DNA of 64,000 nt from positions 118,529,593-118,593,592 of the forward strand of contig NC_090378.1 in the NCBI RefSeq assembly GCF_036365525.1. The letters run 5' to 3'. Below, one piece after another: positions 37,804 to 49,849 of this stretch (position 1 is its first letter; the number at the start of each line of letters is the position of its first letter). Made by a program: the position numbers and the translations under genes. The notes under the pieces were generated by a model. It ran no database searches. It was not told the DNA's origin and saw nothing but the letters and a program-made list of their open reading frames with translations. This stretch comes from Heterodontus francisci (taxonomy: Eukaryota).

Positions 37804-40800
37804 TTTTTCTTATTCATTCATGGGATGTGGGCATCACTGGCTAGGCCAGCATTTATTGTCCATCCCTAATTGCCCTTGAGAAGGTGATGGTGAGCTGCCT
37901 TCTTGAACCGCTGCAGTCCATTTGGGGTAGGTATACCCACAGTGCTGTTAAGAAGGGAGTTCCAGGATTTTGACCCAACGACAGTGAAGAAATGGGAATA
38001 TAGTTCCAAGTCAGGATGGTGTGTGACTTGGAGGGGAACTTGCAGGTGGTCGTGTTCCCATGCATCTGCTGCCCTTGTCCATCTAGGTGGTAGATGTCAC
38101 AGGTTTGGAAGGTGTTGCCTAAGGAGGCTTGGTGTCTTACTGCAGTGCATCTTGTAGATGGTACACACTGCTGCCATTGTAGGTCTCTTGTGGAGGGAGT
38201 GAATGTTTGTGGATGGGGTGCCAATCAAGCAGGCTGCTTTGTCCTGGATGGTATCGAGCTTCTTGAGTGTTGTTGGAGCTGTACCCATCCAGGCAAGTGG
38301 AGAGTATTCCATCACACTCCTGACTTGTGCCTTGTAGATGGTGGACAGGCTTTGGGGAGTCAGGAGGTGAGTTACCCGCCACAGGATTCCTAGCCTCTGA
38401 CCTGCTCTTGTAGCCACGGTATTTATATGGCTACTTCAGTTCAGTTTCTGGTCAATGGTAACCCCCAGGATATTGATTGTGGAGCATTCCGCGATTGTAA
38501 TGCCATTGAATGTCAAGGGAAAATATTTAGATTCTTACTTGTTGGAGATGGTCAGTGCCTGGCACTTGTGTGGCGCGAATGTTACTTGCCACTTATTAGC
38601 CCAAGCCTGGATATTGTCCAGGTCTTGCTGCATTTCTACACGGACTGCTTCAGTATCTGAGGAGTCACAAATGGTGCTGAACATTGTGCAATCATCAGCG
38701 AACATCCCCACTTCTGACCTTATAATTGAAGGAAGCTCATTGATGAAGCAGCTGAAGATGGTTGGGCCCAGGACACTACCCTACAGAACTCCTGCAGTGT
38801 TGTCCTGGAGCTCAGATGATTGATCTCCAACAACCACAACCATCTTCCTTTGTGCTAGGTATGACTCCAGCCAGTGGAGGGTTTCCCCCTGATTCCCATT
38901 GACCTCAGTTTTGCTCGGGCTCTTTGATGCCATACTCTGTCAAATGCTGCCTTGATGTCAAGGGCGGTCACTCTCACCTCACCTCTTGAGTTCAGCTCTT
39001 TTGTCCATGTTTGAACCAAGGCTGTAATGAGGTCAGGAGCTGAGTGGCCCTAGCGGAACCCAAACTGAGCGTCACTGAGCCGGTTATTGCTAAGCAGGTG
39101 CCGCTTGATGGCACTGTTGATGACACCTTCCATCACTTTACCGATGATTGCGAGTCGGCTGATGGGGCGGTAATTGGCCGGGTTGGATTTGTCCAGCTTT
39201 TTGTGTATAGGACATACCTGGGCAATTTTCCACATTGCAGGGTAGATGCCAGTGTTGTACCTGAACTGGAACAGCTTGGCTATGGGCGCAACAAGTTCTG
39301 GAGCACAGGCCTTCAGTATTGTTGTTGGAATGTTATCAGGGCCCATAGCTTTTGCAGTATCCAGTGCCTTCAGTTGTATCTTGATATCACGCGGAGTGAA
39401 TCGCATTGGCTGCAGTCTGGCATCTGTGATGTTGGGGACTTCAGGAGGAGGCTGAGATGGATCATCTACTCAGGACTTTTGGCTGAAGATTGTTGCAAAT
39501 GGTTCAGCCTTATCTTTTGCACTGATGTGCTGGGCTCCCCCATCATTGAGGTTGGGGATATTTGTGGAGCCTCCTCTTCCAGTTAGTTGTTTAATTGTCC
39601 ACCACCATTCACGACTGGATGTGGCAGGACTGCAGAGCTTAGATCTGATCCGTTGGTTATGGGATTGCTTAGCTCTGTCTATCGCATGCTGCTTACGCAG
39701 TTTGGCAGGCAAGTAGTCCTGTGTTGTAGCTCCACCGGGTTGGCACCTCATTTTGAGGTATGCCTGGTGCTTCTCCTGGCATGCCCTCCTGCACTCTTCA
39801 TTGAACCAGGGTTGATCCCCCGGCTTGATGGTAATGATAGAGTGGGGGATATGCCAGGCCATGAGGTTACAGATTGTGATTGAGTACAATTCTGCTGCTG
39901 CTGATGGCCCATAGTGCCTCATGGATGCCCAGTTTTGAGTTGCTAGATCTGTTCAAAATTTATCCCATTTAGCACGGTGCTAGTGCTACACAACATGATG
40001 GAGGGTATCTTCAATACGAAGACGGGACTTCGTCTCCACATTGATTGTGCGGTGGTCACTCCGACCAATACTGTCATGGACAGAAGCATCTGTGGCAGGC
40101 AGCTTGGTGAGGATGAGGTCAAGTATGTTTTACCCTATTATTGGTTCACTCACCACCTACTGCAGACAGTCTTGCAGCTATGTCATTTAGGACTTGGCCA
40201 GCTCAGTCAGTAGTGGTGCTACCGAGCTACTCTTGGTGATGGACATTGAAGACTCCCACCCAGAGTATATTCTGTGCCCTTGCCAGCTTCAGTGTTTCCT
40301 CCAAGTGCTGTTCAACATGGAGGAGTACTGCTTCATCAGCTGAGGGGGGCAGTAGGTGTTAATCAGCAGGAGGTTTCTTTGCCCATGTTTAACCTGATGC
40401 CATGAGACTTCATGGGGTCTGGAGTCACAGTTGAGGACACCCTCCCAACTGTATACCACTGTGCTGTCCCCTCTGCTGGTTCTGTCCTGCCGGTGGGACA
40501 GGACACAGGCGGGGATGGGGATGGTGATGGCAGTATCCGGGGCATTGTCTGCAAGGTATGATTACGTGAGTATATCTATGTCAGGCTGTTGCTTGACTAG
40601 TCTGTGGGACAGCTCTCCCAATTTTGGCACAATCCCTAGGTGTTAGGAAGGAGGGCTTTGCAGGGTTGACAGGACTGGATTTTTCGTTGTCATTTCTGGT
40701 GCCCAGGTCAATGATGTGTGGTCCGTCCAGTTTCATTCCTTATTGACTTTGTAGCAACTAGATACAACTGAGTGGCTTGCTAGGCCATCTCAGAAGGCAT

Positions 40801-41060
40801 TAAGTATAAAACGCATTGGGACTGGAATCACATATAGGCCAGACCAAGTATGGATGGCAGATTTCCTTCCCTAAAGGGCATTAGAGAACCAGATGGGCTT
40901 TGACAACAATCGGCAATGGTTTCATAGCCATCATTAATTCCAGATTTATTAACTGAATGCAAGTTTCACCTTCTGCACTGATGGGATTTGAACCCATCTC
41001 CCCAGAGTAATACCCTGGGTCGCTCGTCCAGTGACAATACCACTACACCACCACCTCCCC
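37804..41060 (-). mobile_element. About 3.26-kb single-ORF (APE + RT) non-LTR retrotransposon of the CR1/L2 group with a tRNA-derived 5' head, degraded
   Basis: RT motifs KAMGPDNIP...WKIAQVCPIHKK...NYRPIS...QFGFR and IYKAQVRSVMEYS. APE N-terminal motif QQPDIDILT near 40565-40590. A-rich tail at 37804. A and B boxes at the 5' end. ACATGT direct repeat at 37798-37803 and 41061-41066. Confidence 0.85.
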
Positions 41061-41066
41061 ACATGT

Positions 41067-41680
41067 AAGAGTGAAGAAGTCTTATTGCAGTTCGATCGGA
41101 CCTTGCTGAGACCACACCTGGTGAACTGTGGACAGTTTTGGTCTCTTTACCTAAGGCAGGATATACTGGCCTTGGAAGGAGTGCAGCAAAGATTCACCAG
41201 ACTGATTCCTGGGATGAGGGGATTGTCCTATGAGGAGAGATTGAGTAGACTGGGACATTATTCCCTGAAATGTAGAAGAATGAGAGGTGATCTGATTGAA
41301 AGATATACAATTTGTAATGTGATTGACAGGGTAGATACTGGGAGGATGTTTTCGCCTGGCTGGGGAATCTAGAACTAGGGGTCCCAGTCTCAGAATAAGG
41401 GGTCGGCCATTTCGGACTGAGATGAGGAGAAATTTCTTCACTCAAGATGTTGTGAATCTTTGGAATCTTTGGAATTCTGTATCCCAGAGAGCTGTGGATG
41501 CTCAGTCCTTGAGTATATTGAAGACAGGGGTCCATACATTTTTGGTTACAACAGAAATTAAGGAATAGGGGATAGTACGGGAAGGTGGAATTGAGTGAGA
41601 AGACCAGCCATGATCATATTGAATGGTGGAGTAGATTCAAAGGGCCGAATGGCCTCCCCTGCTCCTATTTCTGATGTGAT
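41067..41680 (+). mobile_element. 5'-truncated CR1 LINE (ORF2 C-terminus and 3' UTR)
   Basis: LLRPHLVNCGQFWSLYLRQDILALEGVQQRFTRLIPGMRGLSYEERLSRLG, and the 3' motif gggccgaatggcctcccctgctcctatttct. Confidence 0.9.
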
Positions 41681-41898
41681 TATAATTGTGTCAGTGTGTG
41701 TTAATAATAAATGGGTTTCCTCTATTTTAACTGGTCATTATTTAATGATTGAGCTGTTACCCAGGATAAGCTGCAGAAGGTCCAGTTTCTAACCCGAAAC
41801 TCACCACTCGGGCTCTTGGTCAACATGAACTGGTTACTGTCCCGCCCTCCCTGACTAGTCTCTGAGTTGCTGTATTTAAAATGTACATTTTCCTTTAA

Positions 41899-43156
41899 TC
41901 CATCCAGTGCAGTCTCCAGCCAGGGCTCCATTCATCCAGTGCAGTCTCCAGCCAGGGCTCCGTTCATCCAGTGCAGTCTCCAACCAAGGCTCCATTCATC
42001 CAGTGCATTCTCCAGCCAGGGCTCCATTCATCCAGTGCAGTCTCCAGCCAGGGCTCCATTCATCCAGTGCAGTCTCCAGCCAGGGCTCCATTCATCCAAT
42101 GCAGTCTCCAGCCAGGGCTCCATTCATCCAGTGCAGTCTCCAGCCAGGGCTCCATTCATCCAATGCAGTCTCCAGCCAGGGCTCCATTCATCCAGTGCAG
42201 TCTCCAGTCAGGGGTCCATTCATCCAATGCAGTCTCCAGCCAGGGCTCCATTCATCCAGTGCAGTCTCCAGCCAGGCCTCCATTCATCCAGTGCAGTCTC
42301 CAGCCAGGGCTCCATTCATCCAGTGCAGTCTCCAGCCAGGGCTCCGTTCATCCAGTGCAGTCTCCAACCAAGGCTCCATTCATCCAGTGCATTCTCCAGC
42401 CAGGGCTCCATTCATCCAGTGCAGTCTCCAGCCAGGGCTCCATTCATCCAGTGCAGTCTCCAGCCAGGGCTCCATTCATCCAATGCAGTCTCCAGCCAGG
42501 GCTCCATTCATCCAGTGCAGTCTCCAGCCAGGGCTCCATTCATCCAATGCAGTCTCCAGCCAGGGCTCCATTCATCCAGTGCAGTCTCCAGTCAGGGGTC
42601 CATTCATCCAATGCAGTCTCCAGCCAGGGCTCCATTCATCCAGTGCAGTCTCCAGCCAGGCCTCCATTCATCCAATGCAGTCTCCAGCCAGGGCTCCATT
42701 CATCCAGTGCAGTCTCCAGCCAGGGCTCCATTCATCCAGTGCAGTCTCCAGTCAGGGCTCCATTCATCCAGTGCAGTCTCCAGGCCAGGGCTCCATTCAT
42801 CCAGTGCAGTCTCCAGCCAAGGCTCCATTCATCCAGTGCAGTCTCCAGCCAGGGTTCCATTCATCCAGTGCAGTCTCCAGCCAAGGCTCCATTCATCCAC
42901 TGCAGTCTGCAGCCAGGGCTCCATTCAACCACTGCAGTCTCCAGCCAGGGCTCCATTCATCCAGTGCCGTCTCCAGCCAGGGCTCCATTCATCCAGTGCA
43001 GTCTCTAGCCAGGGCTCCATTCATCCAGTGCAGTCTCCAGCCAGGGCTCCATTCATCCAGTGCAGTCTCCAGCCAGGGCTCCATTCATCCAGTGCAGGCT
43101 CCAGCCAGGGCTCCGTCCATCCAGTGCCGTCTCCAGCCAAGGCTCCATTCATCCAT
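41899..43156. repeat. 32-bp minisatellite, about 39 copies (ccattcatccagtgcagtctccagccagggct)
   Basis: 32-bp period. Rare variants recur at +384 bp (12 units), e.g. caaccaagg at 41981 and 42365. Confidence 0.98.
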
Positions 43157-43284
43157 CACATCAGTAAAACGTACAAGGTGAAAACCATCGAACTGTAATA
43201 GTGGAGACTGTCGTCAGGATGGGGGAGCAGGGAGCTGCATGGATTGGTGGAGGGACATCCTCTTTCCTCTCAGATACACACCTC

Positions 43285-43797
43285 CCTGAGCTCCATCCCT
43301 CCCTCCATCCGAGCTCCATCCCTCCCTCTATCTGATCTCCATCCCTCCATCTATCTGAGCTCCATCCCTCCCTCTATCTGAGCTCCATCCCTCCCTCTGT
43401 CTGAGCTCCATCCCTCACTCTATCTGAGCTTCATCCCTCCCTGTGTCCGAGCTCCATCCCTCCCTCTGTCTGAGCTCCATCCCTCCCTCTATCTGAGCTC
43501 CATCCCTCCCTCCATCCGAGCTCCATCCCTCCCTCTATCTGATCTCCATCCCTCCATCTATCTGAGCTCCATCCCTCCCTCTATCTGAGCTCCATCCCTC
43601 CCTCTGTCTGAGCTCCATCCCTCCCTCTGTCTGAGCTCCATCCCTCCCTCTATCTGAGCTTCATCCCTCCCTGTGTCTGAGCTCCATCCCTCCCTCTGTC
43701 TGAGCTCCATCCCTCCCTCTATCTGAGCTTCATCCCTCCCTGTGTCTGAGCTCCATCCCTCCCTCTGTCTGAGCTCCATCCCTCCCTCTATTTGAGC
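43285..43797. repeat. 23-bp minisatellite, about 22 copies (ctgagctccatccctccctctRt)
   Basis: ctgagctcc recurs every 23 bp, e.g. at 43562 and 43585. Confidence 0.97.
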
Positions 43798-44149
43798 TGC
43801 TGGGAGTCAGACCTGAGTTTGTTACATTTAATACCATTCAGAATAATGTCTGCATATTTTAAGTGTAAGTTTGATGAAATAAATTTGAACAGCACCAAAA
43901 ACATTACAAATGGCTACTACATTTGGCAAAGTAGAAACCACAGCATTGTGTCAATGAGCATAGAACTAATGAAAGGGAGAATAAAAACTTTATGAATATG
44001 ATTATCAGAAATGTGTCATTATTATATTTAAAAAGGTCTCCTTGTCAGTAAAGATATATCCTGTTGAGTAATATATGCAGACAGGCTGTGCTAAAGTTGG
44101 ACAATGTTGAGATGTTGATTTCATGTTTTAACAATAAGCAGAATTAAGT

Positions 44150-44830
44150 TAACAAGATGTGAACAAGATGAGCAGAAATTGTTTACAGATGCTGATGACA
44201 GCCTCTGTGTTCCTCAGAGGGTCCCAGTTGTGTTGTTCACAAACCATGTTTTGCAGCCAGGCTGCTCTTCTTAAAGGCAGGCTGTCCCTTTTAAAGGAAA
44301 TCTGAACTGAATAATATTGCTGCAGTTTAAATGATGCCAAACAGAATGCCAGGGGAGGGAGGGGCTTCAAGGATGACAGAGGCATGAACAGTGGAGGTGG
44401 GTAGGAGCAGAGATACCATGGTTCTTCAGGGGGTGGGGGTTGCGGTTAGGATGCATTGGTGGGTGTGTGAGGGTGAGGTGGAGTATTTGACTGTCAGGAG
44501 TGAATCCTGAGTGCTCGGGATTGTTACTGGGTGAGTGATGGGGGTGTGGTACAATGAGCAGGAGGAGAGGTTGGTGCTGTGCTTGGTGGGAGATGTCCTG
44601 TGAAGATACATTCACTGACCTTGACCACCCTGTGAGGTCACTGAACTTCTCGCGACACTGCTGTCAGGTCCTCAGGTCCAGACTCCAGGAATTGACCTCC
44701 CTGGTCATCGCTCCCATTCTCTTCTGAGAGTATTGCTTTGAGGGCCTCCTGGCTCCTTGTGCAAACATTGATTCTCTCCTCCTTTGTACCTCCTCTATTA
44801 ATGTCTCCAGTGTCACATCGGGAAACTTGG
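44150..44830 (-). mobile_element. Degraded PIF/Harbinger-type DNA transposon remnant (Myb/SANT-like piece)
   Basis: Minus strand 44663-44631 translates QQCREKFSDLT, resembling the QCRKKFNDL helix of Harbinger Myb/SANT proteins. Boundaries uncertain. Confidence 0.4.
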
Positions 44831-44852
44831 GAGCCCTCTCTCTGCTCTCCAG

Positions 44853-47497
44853 CCTGTGTTTTCAGGTACATCACACTTCACAGTCCAGTCTGTGTACTCA
44901 AGTAGATCACACTTCACAGTCCAGTCTGTGCACTCAGATACATCACACTTCACAATCCAGTCTGTGTACTCAGGAACATCACACTTCACAATCCAGTCTG
45001 TGTACTCAGATACATCACACTTCACAATCCAGTCTGTGTACTCAGATACATCACACTTCACAATCCAGTCTGTGTACTCAGGAACATCACACTTCACAAT
45101 CCAGTCTGTGTACTCAGATACATCACACTTCACAATCCAGTCTGTGTACTCAAGTAGATCACACTTCACAATCCAGTCTGTGTACTCAGGTACATCACAC
45201 TTCACAATCCAGTCTGTGTACTCAGATACATCACACTTCACAATCCAGTCTGTGTACTCAGATACATCACACTTCACAATCCAGTCTGTGTACTCAGGAA
45301 CATCACACTTCACAATCCAGTCTGTGTACTCAGATACATCACACTTCACAATCCAGTCTGTGTACTCAAGTAGATCACACTTCACAATCCAGTCTGTGTA
45401 CTCAGGTACATCACACTTCACAATCCAGTCTGTGTACTCAGATACATCACACTTCACAATCCAGTCTGTGTACTCAGATACATCACACTTCACAATCCAG
45501 TCTGTGTACTCAACTAGATCACACTTCACAATCCAGTCTGTGTACTCAGGTACATCACACTTCACAATCCAGTCTGTGTACTCAGATACATCACACTTCA
45601 CAATCCAGTCTGTGTACTCAGGAACATCACACTTCACAATCCAATCTGTGTACTCAGGTACATCACACGTCACAGTCCAGTCTGTGTACTCAGGTACATC
45701 ACACTTCACAATCCAGTCTGTGTCCTCAAGTAGATCACACTTCACAATCCAGTCTGTGTACTCAGGTACATCACACTTCACAGTCCAGTCTGTGTACTCA
45801 GGTACATCACACTTCACAATCCAGTCTGTGTACTCAGGTACATCACACTTCACAATCCAATCTATGTACTCAGGAACATCACAATTCACAATCCGGTCTG
45901 CATACTCAGGTACATCACACTTCACCATCCAGTCTGTGTACTCAGGTACATCACACTTCACAATCCAGTCTGTGTTCTCAGGAACATCACACTTCACAAT
46001 CCAGTCTGTGTACTCAGGTACATCACACTTCACAGTCCAGTTTGTGTACTCAGGTACATCACACTTCACAGTCCAGTCTGTGTACTCAGGTACATCACAC
46101 TTCACAATCCAGTCTGTGTACTCAGGTACATCACACTTCACAATCCAGTCTGTGTACTCAGGTACATCACACTTCACAGTCCAGTCTGTGTACTCAGGTA
46201 CATCACACTTCACAGTCCAGTCTGTGTACTCAGGTACATCACACTTCACAGTCCAGTCTGTGTACTCAGGTACATCACACTTCACAGTTGAGTCTGTGTA
46301 CTCAGGTACATCACACTTCACAATCCAGTCTGTGTACTCAGGTACATCACACTTCACAGTCCAGTCTGTGTACTCAGGTACATCACACTTCACAATCCAG
46401 TCTGTGTACTCAAGTAGATCACACTTCACAATCCAGTCTGTGTACTCAGGTACATCACACTTCACAATCCAGTCTGTGTACTCAGATACATCACACTTCA
46501 CAATCCAGTCTGTGTACTCAGATACATCACACTTCACAATCCAGTCTGTGTACTCAACTGGATCACACTTCACAATCCAGTCTGTGTACTCAGGTACATC
46601 ACACTTCACAATCCAGTCTGTGTACTCAGATACATCACACTTCACAATCCAGTCTGTGTACTCAGGAACATCACACTTCACAATCCAATCTGTGTACTCA
46701 GGTACATCACACTTCACAATCCAGTCTGTGTACTCAGGTACATCACACGTCACAGTCCAGTCTGTGTACTCAGGTACATCACACTTCACAATCCAGTCTG
46801 TGTCCTCAAGTAGATCACACTTCACAATCCAGTCTGTGTACTCAGGTACATCACACTTCACAGTCCAGTCTGTGTACTCAGGTACATCACACTTCACAAT
46901 CCAGTCTGTGTACTCAGGTACATCACACTTCACAATCCAATCTATGTACTCAGGAACATCACAATTCACAATCCGGTCTGCATACTCAGGTACATCACAC
47001 TTCACCATCCAGTCTGTGTACTCAGGTACATCACACTTCACAATCCAGTCTGTGTTCTCAGGAACATCACACTTCACAATCCAGTCTGTGTACTCAGGTA
47101 CATCACACTTCACAGTCCAGTCTGTGTACTCAGGTACATCACACTTCACAGTCCAGTCTGTGTACTCAGGTACATCACACTTCACAGTCCAGTCTGTGTA
47201 CTCAGGTACATCACACTTCACAATCCAGTCTGTGTACTCAGGTACATCACACTTCACAGTCCAGTCTGTGTACTCAGGTACATCACACTTCACAGTCCAG
47301 TCTGTGTACTCAGGTACATCACACTTCACAGTCCAGTCTGTGTACTCAGGTACATCACACTTCACAGTTGAGTCTGTGTACTCAGGTACATCATACTTCA
47401 CAATCCAGTCTGTGTACTCAGGAACATCACACTTCACAGTCCAGTCTGTGTACTCAGGTACATCACACTTCACAATCCAGTCTGTGTACTCAGGTAC
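44853..47497. repeat. 36-bp minisatellite, left arm, about 73 copies (catcacacttcacaRtccagtctgtgtactcaggta)
   Basis: 36-bp period. Rare variants recur at +1080 bp (45661/46741, 45721/46801, 45901/46981). Confidence 0.98.
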
Positions 47498-48878
47498 TTT
47501 TTTTTTTTATTTCCAAAATATACTTTATTCATAAAAATCTGTAAAAATTACATTGCCAAACAGTTTCCAAACTGCACCAAAAAATACAAACATTGCAAGG
47601 GAGATCAGTTTCATTCAATACTGTCATGAGTTTCTTCCCAACCCCTCCGTTTCACAATTGTCATGTCAATTACAGTTTTACATTTACAACAATTCAGAAT
47701 ATTAACGATACAGTTCGAGGGGTTTCCCATGGATCCAGCCCCTCAGTCCAGCTTGGTGGGGGAACCTTACACTGTGGTCTTTCCCCATTGAGCCTTTGCT
47801 GCGGCTGCCCCAAGCTTTAGTGCGTCCCTCAGCACGTAGTCCTGGACCTTGGAATGTGCCAGTCTGCAACATTCGGTGGTGGACAACTCTTTGCGCTGGA
47901 AGACCAGCAAGTTTCGGGCAGACCAAAGGGCGTCTTTCACCGAATTGATAGTCCTCCAGCAGCAGTTGATGTTTGTCTCGGTGTGCGTCCCTGGGAACAG
48001 CCCGTAGAGCACAGACTCCTGTGTTACAGAGCTGCTTGGGATGAACCTTGACAAAAACCACTGCATCTCTTTCCACACCTGCTTTGCAAAGGCACATTCC
48101 AGGAGGAGGTGGGCGACCGTCTCTTCCCCACCACAGCCAACGCGGGGGCACTGTGCGGAGGGGGCGAGACTTCGGGTGTGCATGAAGGATCTGACGGGGA
48201 GGGCCCTTCTCACCACCAGCCAAGCTACGTCTTGGTGCTTGTTTGAAAGTTCTGGTGATGAGGCATTCCGCCAAATGACTTTGACGGTCTGCTCGGGGAA
48301 CCATCCGACAGGATCCACCGTTTCCTTTTCCCGTAGGGCCTTGAGGACATTCCGTGCAGACCACTGCCTGATGGACCGGTGGTCAAAGATGTTTTTCCGC
48401 AGAAACTGCTCCACGAAGGATAGGTGGTACGGCGCCGCCCAACTGCATGGTGCGTTCCGCGGCAATGTGACCAGGCCCATCCTTCGCAACACCGGGGACA
48501 GATAGAACCTCAGCACGTAGTGACACTTGGAGTTTGCGTACTGGGGATCTACACATAGCTTGATGCAGCCGCACACGAAGGTGGTCATCAGGATGAGGGC
48601 CACGTTGGGTACATTTTTCCCGCCCATGTCCAGAGATTTGAACATCGTGTCCCTCCGGACCCGGTCCATTTTAGATCCCCAGACGAAGCGGAAAATGGCT
48701 CGGGTGACTGCCACGGCGCAGGAGTGGGATATGGGCCAGACCTGCGCCACGTAGAGCAACAACGTGAGCGCCTCGCACCTGATGACCAGGTTCTTACCCA
48801 CAATGGAGAGAGATCGCTGCCCCCACATGCCCAACTTTTGTCGTACCTTGGCTACTCGCTCCTCCCATGTTTTGGTAC
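47498..48878 (-). mobile_element. 5'-truncated Tx1/L1-clade LINE, young, inserted into the 36-bp array
   Basis: Uninterrupted ORF 47767-48834 (WGQRSLSIVGKNLVIR..., zf-RVT-like CPRVGCGGEETVAHLLLECAF). CpG-rich, with a 3' UTR containing AATAAA and a poly(A) tail (T-run at 47498-47508). Confidence 0.92.
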
Positions 48879-49179
48879 TTCACAGTTGAGTCTGTGTACT
48901 CAGGTACATCACACTTCACAGTCCAGTCTGTGTACTCAGGTACATCACACTTCACAGTCCAGTCTGTGTACTCAGGTACATCACACTTCACAGTCCAGAC
49001 TGTGTACTCAGGTACATCACACTTCACAGTCCAGTCTGTGTACTCAGGTACATCACACTTCACAGTCCAGTCTGTGTACTCAGGTACATAACACTTCACA
49101 ATCCAGTCTGTGTACTCAGATACATCACACTTCACAATCCAGTCTGTGTACTCAGGAACATCACACTTCACAATCCAGT
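48877..49179. repeat. 36-bp minisatellite, right arm, about 8 copies
   Basis: The same unit resumes immediately after the LINE. Confidence 0.97.
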
Positions 49180-49849
49180 ATGAATACAACATGCAGTGTT
49201 TCACTCACAAGTCTTATCTTAATTCTACTTTATCTACATCTACATTCCATTCATACTGCCACTGAATCAGAGGACATCAAAGATACATAAAAGTGATATC
49301 AGAATAACCACATGGAGCCAGCAAAGGCTCTTTATTCCTCTCTATCCCTTCAAATCATCCTGTTCCAATGGTTACATTGCCCTCTGAAGCTCCATGATTA
49401 TATTGCTGTTACAAATTCCTCTGATGATTTGAATAATATAAACACAAGTGAGCAGATTAACATTTCCAGAGTATCAGAGACATGGATGAGTGAATTGCAG
49501 TACAAGTAGAGGCCACCCCAATGTCTGAGTGCTCCAGTCGAAGCTCAGACTGTGGTATTGTAATCTGAGCTTGCTGCCACACAGGCTCAGACTGCTGCCA
49601 TCATGGCTGTGGATGCCAGTGCTCAAAGGGGCTTGCAGGCTCACCCAGCAGCCCAGCACCAAGTCCAGCTTGATGGAGTACTGCTTCAAAAGATACCTAA
49701 CTCGGAGAATTGGGGATTGAGGGAATTCAGTGCAATGACTGAAGAGATTCTATTCTGATCTTTGACAAAACACGGAGCAGTAGAGTGATGGAGCGGGAGA
49801 CAGCGAGACCTGGTGATCAGCTCTAAGTGTTTCTAGATAATAGTCTAGA

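Noticed and set aside
41867-43198. ORFs of 345-443 aa rich in S/Q/P
   Set aside because: All three + frames are open because the 32-bp unit lacks stops; a minisatellite artefact.
44813-47544. ORFs of 886-905 aa with 12-aa repeats (VKCDVPEYTDWI and others)
   Set aside because: A 36-bp unit without stops is open in three frames at once. There is no sign of codon-level constraint, and the array is interrupted by a LINE.
48051-48059. Perfect nonamer ACAAAAACC that could mark a J-type RSS
   Set aside because: It lies inside the Tx1-like ORF, has no heptamer at 12 or 23 bp, and has no FGxG J sequence.
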